A stretch of 64,000 nt of DNA. It comes from Octopus bimaculoides. Its lineage: Eukaryota. The notes beneath the pieces were generated by a model, which saw only the letters and a list, made by a program, of their open reading frames with translations, searched no databases and was not told the origin of the DNA. Location of the stretch: NCBI RefSeq assembly GCF_001194135.2, contig NC_068988.1, forward strand, positions 4,681,179 to 4,745,178. Reading direction: 5' to 3'. Positions 13,837-28,846 of the stretch are shown piece after piece; the stretch's first letter is position 1, and every line of letters starts with the position of its first letter. The position numbers and the translations under genes were made by a program.

Positions 13837-14741
13837 CTGGAAATATTAAAAAAATATATTGAAATAGACAGAAATATATACAACATAATACTTTTAAAGT
13901 TTTATCAACACTTTCTTTGTATAATCGCCAATCAGCTCCAGTTAAACTGAGTTATGGCATACAAGCAGTCGGTTAACCAACCACAAATTGGTCTTTCAAG
14001 TTACATCGTGCCTCCAGCAACCCGAAGATCATGGAGACAAATTGATATGTGATATTCAATTATATGGAATAGTCTGACATTCTGGACAGGATTCCACTTC
14101 TCTTGAACAGATCCCTGCATACCGGAGAAACGGAGGAGAGATGAAGTCATTAGATGCACGACAGCTACACTGCTTTTTCCTCTGTCATTGTTGTACATCT
14201 CAGTGAAGCTATTAATAATGCGGCTATTTATATAGTTGCGTTTACTGGGATGCGTAAGAAATGTGGTGTGATTACAATGTCCCTCTGTAGTAGTATGGCA
14301 TATGTGTCTACGAATGGTGAGGGTTGAAGTCTGCAGCGGCATCAAATTCTTTCCATTATATCTCCAGGTAAAATTTGTGTTGTAGTATTAATCAAATGGC
14401 CGCACACACGTCTCTCCATATTTTCAGAGATGTCAGATATATCTATACATAAACTGTTCACATAGAAACGTACGAATACCTATTTACAAAGATACATAAA
14501 CATTGCATATACAGTCAGACGCAAAGGTGAATATGCAAATATATTTACATTGACATATATGTATGTCGGTTTGATTATATATTTCTACTGTGGATTCGAA
14601 CTACAATAAGTTCAAGGTATGCTATGCACTACACACGCTCACACAGACACAAAAAAACACATATGCCTGAGTATATATGTATGTGTGTGTGTGTGCGTAT
14701 ATATATATGTGTGTGTGTGTGTGCGTGTGTGTGTGTGTGTG

Positions 14742-14794
<53 letters not shown>

Positions 14795-14848
14795 ATATNN
14801 NNNNNNNNNNNNNNNNNNNNNNNNNNNNNNNNNNNNNNNNNNNNNNNN

Positions 14849-14885
<37 letters not shown>

Positions 14886-16101
14886 GTTATGGCATATTCT
14901 TTAAGTATGTAGTATATTTGTGACAAATAAACGAATTTCAAACGGGAAATTTTTCAATATATTGAACTTATGTTCGCTTCCAGAGAAGGCTAAACGATCG
15001 CATGGCGGCAGTTGGACCTAACAGCATATATAATCAAGAGTTCACTGGAAGTGACATTCGTTTAATGAAATGATAAAATGTTTTCCTGGTGATAAAAAAG
15101 AAGGCAGCTTGGACGCGCGTTTCTGCCTCCACAAGTACTATCAGCACAGAAACTATTTTAATTGAAGCAGACAGACGATTTAAACATACAGAAAACTAGT
15201 AGAGAACATCTATGGCTTAGAAAAATGTACGTTATTAAAACAAAAATGAGAGAAATGAATTAGAATAGCCAGAACCATAGCTTTGAAGAACAAAAACAAA
15301 TAAGGTGTATTAGATAATATTAAAAGTCAAATGAAAGTATATGTTGCTTTCCTGCATTCTAAAATGTAGGAGAGATAGGTTCTTCCCTCTTTGCAAAGAC
15401 GCTTATTTTCGTGATAATTCATTGCTAACATATTCGTCTAAGTGTACTGAGGTAGAAGAGTTATAAGCAATAACCAGTTATACTCAAATACAATGTTTAG
15501 AATTTGTGTTTCTTTGAGTAAGATATTTCATTTAACACTGCATTGGCATAATGCAAAGCAAAGAGCTTCATATTATTATATCGTGCCTGCTGTGTATAGA
15601 GTCCAGGTTTTAGTGTAGCATTTAAATATCATTTTGTTGTCTTTTTCTCCACTTGCACTTTTATGTCATTTTTGGAACTGTCATTTGTGAGATCGTTTGA
15701 TGACTGAACGCCGTCCATCTTGACTGGAAGCGTGGTGATGAATAGACTCATAACACACAAACGCACGCACACATCACACACACACACATATACGTACGTA
15801 TGTATGTATAAATATATATTTATATGTGTATATGTGTGTGTGTATGTATATATATATGTGTGTGTATGTTTGTAAGTACATTGATATATATACATATATA
15901 TATATATACGTATATATGTGTATTTACACGTGGGTATATGAAAATTGCTGTGTATAATACGATTGGGGAAAGAAAGTTAAGAGTAGTAGCACACGTATAA
16001 GTTAATAATGGGACAGACAGTCAGCCATACAGTAAGATCACGATACACAGGGGTACAATATATGTCTCTATGTGTCCATATGTGTGTATGTGAATGTGCA
16101 A

Positions 16102-16140
<39 letters not shown>

Positions 16141-17854
16141 CTATAAGTATGCTTGAAAGTGAAAGAGAGAATGTGAAGGAGAGGAAGAACTAAAATAGCT
16201 GCTACATAAAGTAATAGTTATATAGAAATAAATGCAAAGATAAGTAGTAAGATGGAGACAAATATATTGATTTTTACACGCATAAATGTTAAGACTATAT
16301 TCTTGTGTGCACAGACCTTTCCGAAGATGGTTTCTGTATGACTTCAACAATCACTAACATCAAATAAACCTTTCCAAATTGTTTCTTTCCTATCAGAAAG
16401 TCTTTTTTAGTTTACCAATACACTAGACTGGTAGTACTTTACGGTTTAATTAATTCCTATCCCGTCGTTAAACGCCATACCATATATTATTATATGTGCG
16501 TGTGTGTGTCAAGCAACAAAAATGGCTACATATGTAACAGTTGATATATAAAACTTACATTACCATACAAAATGCCCCATAGCAAAGGTAGTTTTAACAA
16601 CAGCTATTTAAAGTATTTAGTTCTTTTTATCTTTATAGATTTCAAGGCCCTTGAGAAGCTTTTATTTTATGTAAGTACAGTTACAGATCTCAGCTTTTAT
16701 TGAATTTCACAGACAATCTTTCCTCCAACAGGGCGTTTGTGATCTTCCTTTCCCTCTTCTTCTTAGCGTCGCCTCTAAACTTTCCCTCCTCTTTTGTTCT
16801 TCTTTGCATTGGCACTGAACCGCAGAAGAGGAAGGAAAACAGTCTAAGAATTGCAATACTTGGTATTTTTAAACAAAAAATTTGAATTATATTCTTTAGC
16901 TTGTTTCAGCCATCTTGGTCTAGATCATACTGGAGCAGCACGTTCTTGTACCTCTCCCAGAAAGACAGATTGAGAGTGACGTTTGGATGTAGAAATGGTT
17001 AAAACAGGACTCAATACATGGAGTAAGTTTTATATAATCATTTGAAGCTGTTGGATTATTACCTCTGACTTGTCAGTTGTTTCAAATGTATTTGGAACAA
17101 TTTCGGAGAGCCATACCAGGTCTGTGTTTGATGGAATTGATGGATCAAGAGTTTCTATTTTGTTACCGACGTTACATTGCGTCAGCGATCAACTCTTACG
17201 GCCACCGAGCTAAAAGTAGGCAGTGTAGTTCATTGTTGGCAGCAGTAACAACACTGTCACATAGATGGGTGATTCAAAAACTCACAGACTTAAGAGTACC
17301 ACCAACCTTATTCGTACTAGTAGCATACGTACGCACCCACCTTGCAATCTTCAGTTCATTACTGAATGACTTCATAGCAGGAGACAGTCGGCTGAGTAGT
17401 TTCAAAGTTGAAGACAGCGAAGAGTTCAAAGTCATGTGCTAAAATAGCAGCATACATTGATTGATATGGATTGTATTATTCAACGAATCACACTTTATTC
17501 ATCCTACAACTTCAATTGGATCGCTACAGATAAAGAGTGTGAAACGACGGCACAACGATAGCATTTTATTTCACGTAGAATATAGTAAAAATTGATCATC
17601 TTTAAAACATTGTACACGCAAGCACACACACACATGTGTTTATGTGTGTGTTCATGTATGTGTATGTGTGCATGATAATTTAAAGAATATCAGTTCTTAC
17701 TATAATTATTCTACGTGAACAGAGACATTGTTTTCGGCTTCATTTTTTTGCTGATTTCTATTGTCGATAAAAATATTCAGTCGATCATCCAACTCGGCAG
17801 TTCTATTTACGATACTAAAATGATGTCGGAAATCAAAACAAATGAAGATATGTA

Positions 17855-18250
17855 GACGCAGGTGAGGCTGTGTGGTAAGAAGCTTGCTTTTCGACCATAT
17901 GGTTCCAGATTCAGTCCTGCTGAATCATGTTACCTTAGGCAACTATCTTCTACTGTAGCCTCGGAACGGCCAAAGCCTTGTTAGTGGATTTAGTAGATGG
18001 AAACTGAAAGAAATCCGTTGTATATGCGTGCACGCGCATGTGTGTGTGTGTTTGTGTGTTTGTCCACCACCACTTGACAACCGGTGTTGGTTTGTTTACA
18101 TCCTCGTTACTTAATGGTTCAGAAAAAAGAGAGCGATAGAATAAGCAAGTTTTTTTTTCGTAAAAAAGTAAGTTTGGAATCGATTCATTCGACTTAAAAT
18201 TGTTCAGGGCGATGCCCTAGCATGGCCACAATCTGATGGCTGAAAGAGAT
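17855..18250 (+). mobile_element. tRNA-derived SINE family C with internal (TG)n
   Basis: tRNA-like head GGCTGTGTGGTAAGAAGCTTGCTT and body ...GGAAACTGAAAGAA...GACAACCGGTGTTGG; an antisense relative lies at 32690-33090. Confidence 0.7.
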
Positions 18251-18962
18251 AAAATACCCATGAACGCCTCATAAAAAAAGAGTATGTATCGTATATGATT
18301 GAACCAGTAATAATAAGTTCATTGCCACAAAATCCTATGCTTTTGTTATGAGCTTACAATCCACAACGAAGTGAAATGTCCCACTCCAATCTGATTAGGA
18401 AATTTAACCAAGAATTACTCGGAAACTTTAAAACATCTTAGGAGAAATATCTTTCGACCATTTCGGATGAAAGACGAGAAAATATTACAGCCTGCGCCTG
18501 GTGGCTAACATTTCGTCACACAATGAATTAGGGTTGCTAAATATACAGAAAATATCTCAACAAAGGCTTGGAGTCATGGATGTATAAAGAGAGACGACAC
18601 AGAAGTCGAGACATTCAACAATGATGCAGGAGGATCAGTTTGTAGTTGAAATAGATATAAAAGTAAGTTGAGATTAGTGTGATAATCAAAAGAGCAAGCA
18701 GACTGCAAACAGGCAGAGGAGGAGGAGAAACAACCAGCAGGTGACGTATAAAAAGAAATGTTTATGTGTGTGTGAGTGTATATGTTAGAGTGTGTGTCCC
18801 TGCGTGTGAGAGTGTGTTTGCATGTGTCTGTGCGCATGAGAGAGCGGACGCAAGTGTGTATGTGTGATATAGTGACAATGCTCCGGGGAGAAACAAAGAA
18901 AACAGCGAACAAATAGATAACCACGGCGATGCGTGCTTAGACAAACTGACAGGGAGCTGATA

Positions 18963-18984
18963 TCTATATATATAAAAATGAGAA

Positions 18985-19035
<51 letters not shown>

Positions 19036-20410
19036 GTGAATCCCTAAAACTCGAGAACTACGCAACCAATTTCATTCAAATTTTACACATGCCTTACTTA
19101 GGGTTCCAGTTGTGTTTTAGTCAAAAAAATTTTAACTTCTTGCAGAGTTCGAGCCCACAGCAACATAATATCTCCTCCACTATTTAAGTATTACGTGTCA
19201 AAAGTGAAACAAAAACACTCATGTCAAATACTTTCACTTTAAAAATGAAACTATTCTACTAACTGAAACAATTACATTTCGATACTGTAATGACAGATNN
19301 NNNNNNNNNNNNNNNNNNNNNNNNNNNNNNNNNNNNNNNNNNNNNNNNNNNNNNNNNNNNNNNNNNNNNNNNNNNNNNNNNNNNNNNNNNNNNNNNNNNN
19401 NNNNNNNNNNNNNNNNNNNNNNNNNNNNNNNNNNNNNNNNNNNNNNNNNNNNNNNNNNNNNNNNNNNNNNNNNNNNNNNNNNNNNNNNNNNNNNNNNNNN
19501 NNNNNNNNNNNNNNNNNNNNNNNNNNNNNNNNNNNNNNNNNNNNNNNNNNNNNNNNNNNNNNNNNNNNNNNNNNNNNNNNNNNNNNNNNNNNNNNNNNNN
19601 NNNNNNNNNNNNNNNNNNNNNNNNNNNNNNNNNNNNNNNNNNNNNNNNNNNNNNNNNNNNNNNNNNNNNNNNNNNNNNNNNNNNNNNNNNNNNNNNNNNN
19701 NNNNNNNNNNNNNNNNNNNNNNNNNNNNNNNNNNNNNNNNNNNNNNNNNNNNNNNNNNNNNNNNNNNNNNNNNNNNNNNNNNNNNNNNNNNNNNNNNNNN
19801 NNNNNNNNNNNNNNNNNNNNNNNNNNNNNNNNNNNNNNNNNNNNNNNNNNNNNNNNNNNNNNNNNNNNNNNNNNNNNNNNNNNNNNNNNNNNNNNNNNNN
19901 NNNNNNNNNNNNNNNNNNNNNNNNNNNNNNNNNNNNNNNNNNNNNNNNNNNNNNNNNNNNNNNNNNNNNNNNNNNNNNNNNNNNNNNNNNNNNNNNNNNN
20001 NNNNNNNNNNNNNNNNNNNNNNNNNNNNNNNNNNNNNNNNNNNNNNNCTTACATTGTGATTTCTGCAATGTGGTGCATAAATTGTCAAGTAAATGAGACG
20101 CATCTTTGCCTCCACTGATTCACTTGCAAAGTGTTGAGTAAAATTATTTCGTTGCAGACCTCTTTTGGGTCTTTTTATTATCACTACGACACACATAGTC
20201 CACAGTTGGTAACATTGATTTCGAGGCCCTCCTAGATGAGAGACTGGCATTCCACTGAATGTCTATGTTCCATGCTGGCATGGATTGGAGAGTTATTAAT
20301 GTAGAAATATGGTATCGTATCTACTAACAGTTGAGGGTTGCGTAGTCTAGACGGCGTTTTTAGATTTCATTATTCTCTTTAACCCGGGCAAAGCCGGGTA
20401 TTTCTGCTAG
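18963..20410 (+). mobile_element. Non-autonomous Helitron, gap-interrupted
   Basis: Starts A|TCTATATATATAAAA followed by (GTCT)n. Ends with GC hairpin ACCCGG-GCAAAG-CCGGGT (20382-20399) and CTAG|T. No TSD. That both ends belong to one element across the gap is assumed. Confidence 0.75.
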
Positions 20411-22254
20411 TAAAGTAATAAATTTACTGTTAATCCTAGTGACAGCAGTGCTACAAATAAACTGCCATACATATAGCGAGCCGACAATGGCATTTCTACA
20501 TGTCCCCACGACCTGCTAAAAATAACAGAGATATCTTACCCGAAACCACACTTGACTACCTTAGAAAGAAAGCAAGCATTGAAGATTACAAACCAAGATG
20601 TATCTACTTGGTCAACTTGATCAAATGCGAACTGAAGGTAAAGAAGGGAGCCGAACCTTGAAACATCGAAATGCCAGGTAAAGGTACAAGCCATCAACCT
20701 GTATTATTAATTTTTATGGCTTGGATTGCTTTGGGTTTCAAATAAATAAATACACAAAGGTGAAAATCCATCGTATACCAAAAGAATGGTTTTTCATTAT
20801 AACGAAATTTGTTTCATTCCTAGAATTCTTTTAAAACTGCACTAAATGTATCTCGAATGTAAATCGTTGCAAATAATATTTCAGTACATCCGATACTGAT
20901 CCCGTTTTCGGTTGCAGGATGCACATTGCTATGCCCACTTTTATGAATGAAATGTCTGATTTTGAATTGAAACTTTATTTATCTCAACAAAAAGCAATGC
21001 AGTTAATCAAAGTGTGCACCTAAATTATCATACATACCCTACATTTATACCTTACCAGGACCTAAAATTATATATATACACCCAGATTGAATGACAGAAA
21101 GCGAATGAGAAAGAGTGAATGAAAGCCAGAAACTGAAATAGAGAGAGTGCAATTAGCAAGATTGCTCTGCTCAGTTAGTAGTGGTGTATAATAAATGTAA
21201 AGACAGTAGATTTATTGATGGGCAACGTTACAGATATAAACGTTCTGACAATTGTGTAGTAAAAATTTATAAAAGACAATAAATCTGTAGAAAGCCATTG
21301 TTGAAAATCTGTCTCTTGTGTTTTAAAGAAGATATATGAGCTGGAGGGTGGGGAAGTAAAAATAAACTGAATAAAATCGAAGTCATTTGTGGAGAGAAAG
21401 AAATGTTGAGGTCAGGAAGTAGACAGGGAAAGAGTGATGGGAATTGCACACATAAATGTATCAGGGACGTTTAGTAATGATACTATATTTGGCACAAAGA
21501 AAATATTTCGGAGAACAAAAATAAAATAAACTAAAATAAATGTTCCAAAGAATTTAATATCAACTAAAACAAATAAAAAGAAATTTATTAATTGTTAATT
21601 AAAACTTATGGAAGTATTTGAGGAACTTTAAAAGAACAGAGAAAGTTGAGTAATTGAGGTGGTATACTGCAATAAAGGGAGGCGAGTTTGACGCATGCAA
21701 TGATAAGACTATGTTCAAGTTGTACACCGTAGTAGACTTGCAATGTATTCAATACTATTATGAAGTTTTATTTATCGATTCAAAAATATAGCTGCAATAG
21801 TGAACGATTTCGATAGAACTGGTGGAGTCATGCAATAACTAGGCAAAGAGGAAAGAGATATCTGATATGTAAAATAATGTGTCTTGTCCCCACAGTTAGA
21901 CTTGGCTTTGTATTTTCATTGTTTATAAATCGAAGAATAGTTTTTATAAATAAGTTTTGCTACAATGTTGGAAAAGTGAATCTGAGATACCGGTGTTTGG
22001 GAAAACGATTTTTTCGATATTTAATGTTATGATTCAGTTGTATATACATGCAGCATGGATATTTTCTTCCTCTATTTATTGTATACTCTGTGCGAACATC
22101 CTTTTATTCAATAATCTCAAAGTGAGTTGATATGTTTCCGAAAGATCATGTTTTCTTTTTGTTTTGATCTTTGTTTTGTTGGAAGTTTTTTTTCGGAATA
22201 TAAATTTTCCCATATCATTACGTTTTATATAGCAAATCAGTGAATGTTACTAAC

Positions 22255-22921
22255 TCTGTGTGTGTGTGTCTGTGCGGCAGAAACAGTTGTCATGCTTCAA
22301 ACAGCTTCCAAGAACGCTGCACATGAGCAAAACACAAATTTACGAGTCGTTTTCACGTTTTAGGAATGATTACTTGTCGCTTGGAGACCAACCTCGTTCA
22401 GGGTCACCGTCGACCTTCCGATCGAATGAAAACATCATGAAACTTCGTGAACTGATCTTGGAGGACCATCACCAAAACAATTCACGAACTTGTTGATATA
22501 AATGGAGTTGGTATGATTGGAGCTCCTGCCAACAAATTTTGAGCAAGGAATTGCGAATAAAAAGATTTGCAGCGAAATTTATACCTCGCTTGCTCACAGA
22601 TCAAAAGCAGTCACGCCTGAATGCCTGTTGTGAACTGAAAGAACAGTTAGAAGTTCATTCCGGACCTTTTTCGCAGGTCTTCACTGGTGACGAAAGCTGG
22701 TGCTACGGAATTTGCCGATGTAGAAGGGATGAGGAAAAAAACGACGTTAAAAGGTATCACTTCGCAAGAGCTACAGCACTGCTTCGAGCAGTGGAAAACG
22801 CTGGATCGAAGCATTACCTTAAGTGGAGAATATTTTGAAGGCGATAAAAGTGTAAACATGTAAAATTAAGTGAGCAAAATAAAATTGCAAAATTCCGGCT
22901 TCTTTTGTGTAAACACTCGAT
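22255..22921 (+). mobile_element. Internally deleted mariner transposase remnant
   Basis: HTH region (SKTQIYESFSRFRN...DQPRSGSP, AAKFIPRLLT) and first catalytic Asp (TGDESWCYG) join directly to the C-terminus (QHCFEQWK...GEYFEGDK). Frameshifted. Confidence 0.85.
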
Positions 22922-24599
22922 TATATATATGTGTGTGTATTGACAGAGCGGGAAAGATACATATCTATATATATGTGCACATATATGCGGACATACATAC
23001 ATATGTACGCACACACATACATATATACAGATTATATATATATATATATATATATATGCATATATGTATGCACACACACACACACACACAGACACACACA
23101 CATATANNNNNNNNNNNNNNNNNNNNNNNNNNNNNNNNNNNNNNNNNNNNNNNNNNNNNNNNNNNNNNNNNNNNNNNNNNNNNNNNNNNNNNNNNNNNNA
23201 TATATATACAAGCAAACATATATACATACATATATTAGAATAATTTACAACGAATACTCTTCATTGCATGGCATTGTGTTTATGATTTACATTGGTTAAG
23301 TGACACCATGGAGTTCAAAAGAAGTTGATGTAGAAAAGGAAATTTATAATCACTCATTTTGGCGGAACAAGACATATAATAAATAGAGAAACTGCAACTA
23401 GCTGCCGAGAAATAAACAAACAAACAAATGAACGAACAAATAAATAAATTGCTATATTTACGCAACAGAAATTTGGATTTTTACTGACTCAATTTGTCTA
23501 AGTTTGAGTGGTTGTTTATATATATTTTTTTTGTTTTCCCGAGCAAGGAAAGAGAAATCGTTTAAAAGAAAGGAAGGTTGATATAGCAAAAGGAAGACAG
23601 AGGGAAAAGATAGAAAGAAAAAATATTTTCATCGTCATCGATCGTATTGAAACTAACCGGTTGCCTCCAGATACTTAATTGAAAATACAATTTAATTTCG
23701 TTGATAAACCAACATTGTGATCAATATTATTGACTTTACTGCGTTACTAAATGATTTGTTATTTTCTCTGCTTAATAAGCAAATACTTATGACTGTTCAA
23801 TCTTTGTCCATCGGCACACAACTTCTATGCTTTCATTATCATCGTTAATTATCATCTATTATGACCAACCCGCCATTACCTGAGCCAATTTATTTCTGTT
23901 CATTCTTATTTCACTTGACTGCACAACCACCATCGCTACTAACACCGATTTCATATCCTAAGGATAACTCTTTTGCTTTTCTCTCTATTTTCTTAGCACT
24001 TTGTACTGTTTAGTTTTTAATAGAGAAACCGTTCTTTCCAGTTGGATGTAAAAAGTAACATGCAATACAACAATGTAGACATTAGATGTTTCCGAAGTCG
24101 GTAGTTCACCGATGTAGAAGAGAAATCTGAATGGTGAATGTTTCATGTAATTAATCACTGGAGATTACAGCAGTGATGCTGCTGCTGCTGATGCAACTAA
24201 ATATCACTACACTCCTCTTTTTCATTTGCGTATTTAGTGCACTTCAGATGCTATCAAACAAATTTCACGTTATGAAAACATTTTCCATTAAGGAATTAAT
24301 TTAAACAAACGAAACCAAAGTATTAATTTTAGAGGACATCTTTTGAAAAAGTTGTCCTCAAAACGAATAAAAAAAACAAAAAAAAAACAGCAGAATTCTA
24401 GCATTGAGTTAATAATTCAGTATATACGTATGGGTGAAATAAAAACGAATATATTTCTTATGAGCGATTCCGTAAGGAATCACTCGTGAAATATTGGTAT
24501 CTTCCTAAGCACAATTAAATTAACATCCTGAACTTTCTCTATTCGAATTTTTTGTTGAATGCAAAAATTATATGTATTTGTTTGTGTATCTGTCTGTTG

Positions 24600-24630
<31 letters not shown>

Positions 24631-25178
24631 GTAAGATAGAAAGAGGGAGAGATTGAGAGAAAGAGGGAGAGATAGAGAGAAAGAGCATAGCTTTCCTCAA
24701 TGGATTAGTCAGTTCGAGACTACCATAGAGACATTTATCTTAAGTGCCACAACAATAAGTCCAGCTCCAATTGGTCACTACCTAAGCTATTTGCTAATAG
24801 TTATTTATGGAGAAAAGGTGGAGAGAGAAGTTGTGAAGGTAAGCAAGTTTTGGGATAACTCTTGAAAGAGATGTAAATTGTGAATTCGCAACCAGTATGA
24901 AAAGACGAAGAGAAATGTGTGAATTAGGGTGAACCACAGTTTCGCAATTTGAAGGAGAGGAAACGTTGTAATAACAAGCATTGCAATCAACTATGGCTTA
25001 CAGATTTAAACACACATACACGCACATATGCTAATGTATGGTAAAATAAGCACACACACATACATATTGACAATTATAATAATATACAATTTTTTTGCTG
25101 AGACAGGTTTGTTTATTCTAGTGAAAGTTTAGACCTTTATTGAGATACTTAGCCCCCACTTGTGTTAGTGCGTTTCAG

Positions 25179-25239
<61 letters not shown>

Positions 25240-26062
25240 CACCTCTCTCTATCTCTCTGTTAAGAAAATGATACTTTAATTTTGCATGTGTTTATAACCA
25301 GAAACGACGACAACGAAGATAGATTTAAACAATGAACTTCCAGTTCATACCGGGCACACCGTGTGTGCGTGCGTATGTGTGTGAATTAAGAACGACTCTA
25401 GAATGTTCTCCTTCACTCACCTAATTTACATGGCTGCTATACTAAATATATATCGTAAACTGTGTTCTGAGAATCGTCGATCGGTTTAATATGCTAAAGT
25501 TTTCTTAGAATTGATTGTCCCTTGTGGATTAACTTGTACAACGTACTAGGAGTAAGCTGGCCTTATTGACATAATGAAACTAAATACAACAGAAACTTGC
25601 CTTGAATTTTAATTAGTTTAAGAGAATACTCGAGTGGGAGGATTCAAGTGACAGAGGCAACTCGTAAATAACTCAATCCCTGCACGGGAAATACTCAAGG
25701 AAGCAAACGAAGTAGCTATGAATTTCATAAACATTTGACGGGAATGTATTGGAACATATCACGTGATATGGAAATCGCGAAATGTGTGTGTTTGTGTGTG
25801 TGTTTGATTGTTAGTCACTGAAAAGTATGATAAATTAGAAAAATCTATTAAATTTGGAAGAAATATGAGACTATAGTTTCACGAAGCAAAGAAGAAAAGA
25901 AGAAACAGAATTTCAAAGAAACTAATTAGCAAAAAGAAACATTTTAATGGATTTTGCATTCTCTATTAGAGCTGTGGGTTGCTTTTAGACTTTTTTCACA
26001 ACCTAATTATCTGCACAAAAACAACAACAAGAACAACAACAACACGAACAACAGCAACAATG

Positions 26063-26116
<54 letters not shown>

Positions 26117-26731
26117 AAACTAATGTAATAATAAAAACAACAACAATAATAATAAATTAGAAGACATAATTACAATAGAGGGAAAATAGCATCAGTGCCA
26201 AGACTAACAAAACAGTTATGATGTTAACGATAATGACGTTATGCTCGGCGTTGGATTTAGAGGCAAATACTTGAAGTGATGGGAAGGTCATTCAATAAAT
26301 TGCATGATCTCAGCAAACTCATTCTCGATTCATATTTTCCGCTATTCACCCCCACCACACACACACACACACACACGCACACATATACGCATATTCGGGT
26401 ATATAAGATTTATAAAGTATCCAAGCATATCACCTTAGACAGAAACACGCACAGCACCATTAAGTAATGCATTACAGTTTTAAATCAACGATGAAGGCCC
26501 GACACTTTTGTCGTGTAATTCACAATTCCATTTGTTTACCAGTAATTGGATGAATACTAGAATCCTTGGTGTGGCGTGAAATTGCACAAGTCTATGTTGA
26601 AAATGCCTGATGAGCCTCAAAATTACATAATGTATGACGTAATCCCTACTGTTATGCTTACATTAACTAAAGAGATTCTCAGCGAAGCAATTGCCGGAAA
26701 ATTTTAAACCCGTTCCTTTGTTCTCTCCTAT

Positions 26732-26779
<48 letters not shown>

Positions 26780-26919
26780 ATTCCTAGCATCAGGTTGTAG
26801 TCTGATGACCGAAACAAGTAACAGAAAAGATATAAATATACATACATATAAAGAAATGAGAGGTGCTGTAGAAATATTTATGACGCATTAGTTTTATATA
26901 TGTCTCCTCAGGCCATGTA

Positions 26920-27295
26920 CAGGGTGATTCAAAAGTCTCCATACATAGGAAAAATTTATTTTTCTATGAGAAACGGTTTATAAGATCCCCTAGATTCCCT
27001 GATCTGACCCCTCTTGATTTCTAACTTTTGGGGCATTTGAAAAGCATGGTGTATCGCAGAAAGATAAAAGACATAAATCATTTGAAGGAACGCATCACCA
27101 ACTCATTTGTACATGTATCATCAGATGTGTTATTACGAGTTCACAATGAGTGGGGTAAACGTATTGCAATGTGTATTAAAAACAATGGTAACCATACAGA
27201 GCCTGTTAAATAAATTAAAAAAACTGTTCTTATAAACTTTTTCTCTTAAAAAAAGATAAACTGTTCCTATGTATGGCAACTTTTGAATCACCCTG
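26920..27295 (+). mobile_element. Tc1/mariner-derived MITE (376 bp) with 32-bp TIRs and TA TSD
   Basis: TA|CAGGGTGATTCAAAAGTCTCCATACATAGGAA ... TTCCTATGTATGGCAACTTTTGAATCACCCTG|TA (2 mismatches). Internal remnant (PRFPDLTPLDF*LLGHLKSMVY) resembles the transposase WPPRSPDLTPLDF motif. Confidence 0.92.
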
Positions 27296-28497
27296 TATTT
27301 GCCATTTCGCTTGTTTACATATCAATACATTTTTGTACTCGTGACATATTTATTCTCTATATAGGAAGTGAAAAATGAGGAATATGCTTGATATAAACAG
27401 CAGAATATATTTTGCAAGTGATTGGAAATAAAGTAAAAGAAAAATACAATAAATGAATCAATCAATCAAATAAGCTGTGGGAGACAAATATGAATTAGCA
27501 GCAGCGCTAGTGTTCTAACATTATGTACCACACATACTCAATGTATGTGCAATGGTTGTTTGCCGGTGGGCTACAAATTAGCGCTGTGGGGATGATTTCT
27601 CCTAATTCTCAGGCGTTAAAACACATGAAAGTCTTAGACAGGCGAGACAACTGGCTCAAAATATCATTTAGGAGCGATGGACATCGACGTTTCGCCATTT
27701 TTGCGGCTTATCAACATCAAGTGCCCGAACCAAATTTGAGGCGAAGTGAATCGCCAGTCTATGAAAGTAAACAAACTGCGTAAAAACTATTTGTTTGTAC
27801 ATGCTACGGCAATGCAAACGTAGCCTACCGAAATCATGTGGATGGTAAGCAAGCTACTGACCACCCCCTGACTCCTGCACCTATATATATATATATATAT
27901 ATATATACCCCCAGTACTACCTTTCCAGACCACAGGTTGGGAACCACTGCTGTAAGCCATATTTTATCTACTGAGTAATAGGAATCATTCAAGTATATTT
28001 TTTAAGATAAAAGGTTTTCTGATATGAATTAACAACAATTTATATTTGCTGTTCCTGTTCATCTTTTATCATCAATACACTATTCATTACGAAAGCTTTT
28101 TGTTTCTTTTTTTTTTTTTTACCGAGTGCAATAAATCATGATTCAATATATTCACAGCTTTTCGAGTATTTTGCTTCCTTGTACATTACATGTTAGATAA
28201 AGTTCATATAATGCATACATTTAAAGTGAGTTTCATCCCGTCATAAACTGACAGTTTACACAGTTCATCGAAATCTACGCTGTAGTAAATATAGAATTAC
28301 ACCACTATATACACGCATACATAGAAACACACACACACACACGTACACATATATATAGCGGAGAAGGAAAGAAAGCAAGAGAAATAGAGGAGACAAGGCT
28401 GGAGAGAAAGAGAGGGAGTGCACTGGAAACACATTCAAACATCTTGATGTGATACAGTCAGGCGAAAGCATACTCCTGAAAGTGGTCAAACTTGGTG

Positions 28498-28604
<107 letters not shown>

Positions 28605-28795
28605 CAACCGCAGACACTTGAAAACTCTCCATGAAACTAAAACCAACAGACCGTAGCTGAATCATAAATCAGCGGATCTCTAAAAGGCTGTATTGAGTTA
28701 ACAGTTTCCACTCAGGTTGTGTGTGTGTGTGTGTGTGTGTGAGCGTGAGTATGTGCATGAGTGATTTGTGTGTGTGAGTCTGCGTTTGTGTGTGA

Positions 28796-28846
<51 letters not shown>

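Noticed and set aside
17286-17438. 153-nt open phase 0/0 segment on the minus strand with AG and GTGAGT boundaries (also plus-strand ORF 17077-17442)
   Set aside because: No recognisable homology, weak exonic donor context, and a 51-aa insert between ETGK and RKCDQYWP would likely disrupt the PTP core.
26025-26156. (AAC)n-(TTA)n-(AAT)n block with fold-back potential and a poly-Asn/poly-Tyr ORF
   Set aside because: Simple compound microsatellite; the hairpin would be AT-only and short.
27933-27949. hAT/Charlie-like terminal sequence CAGGTTGGGAACCACTG
   Set aside because: No matching left TIR or 8-bp TSD found, so no element boundaries can be supported.
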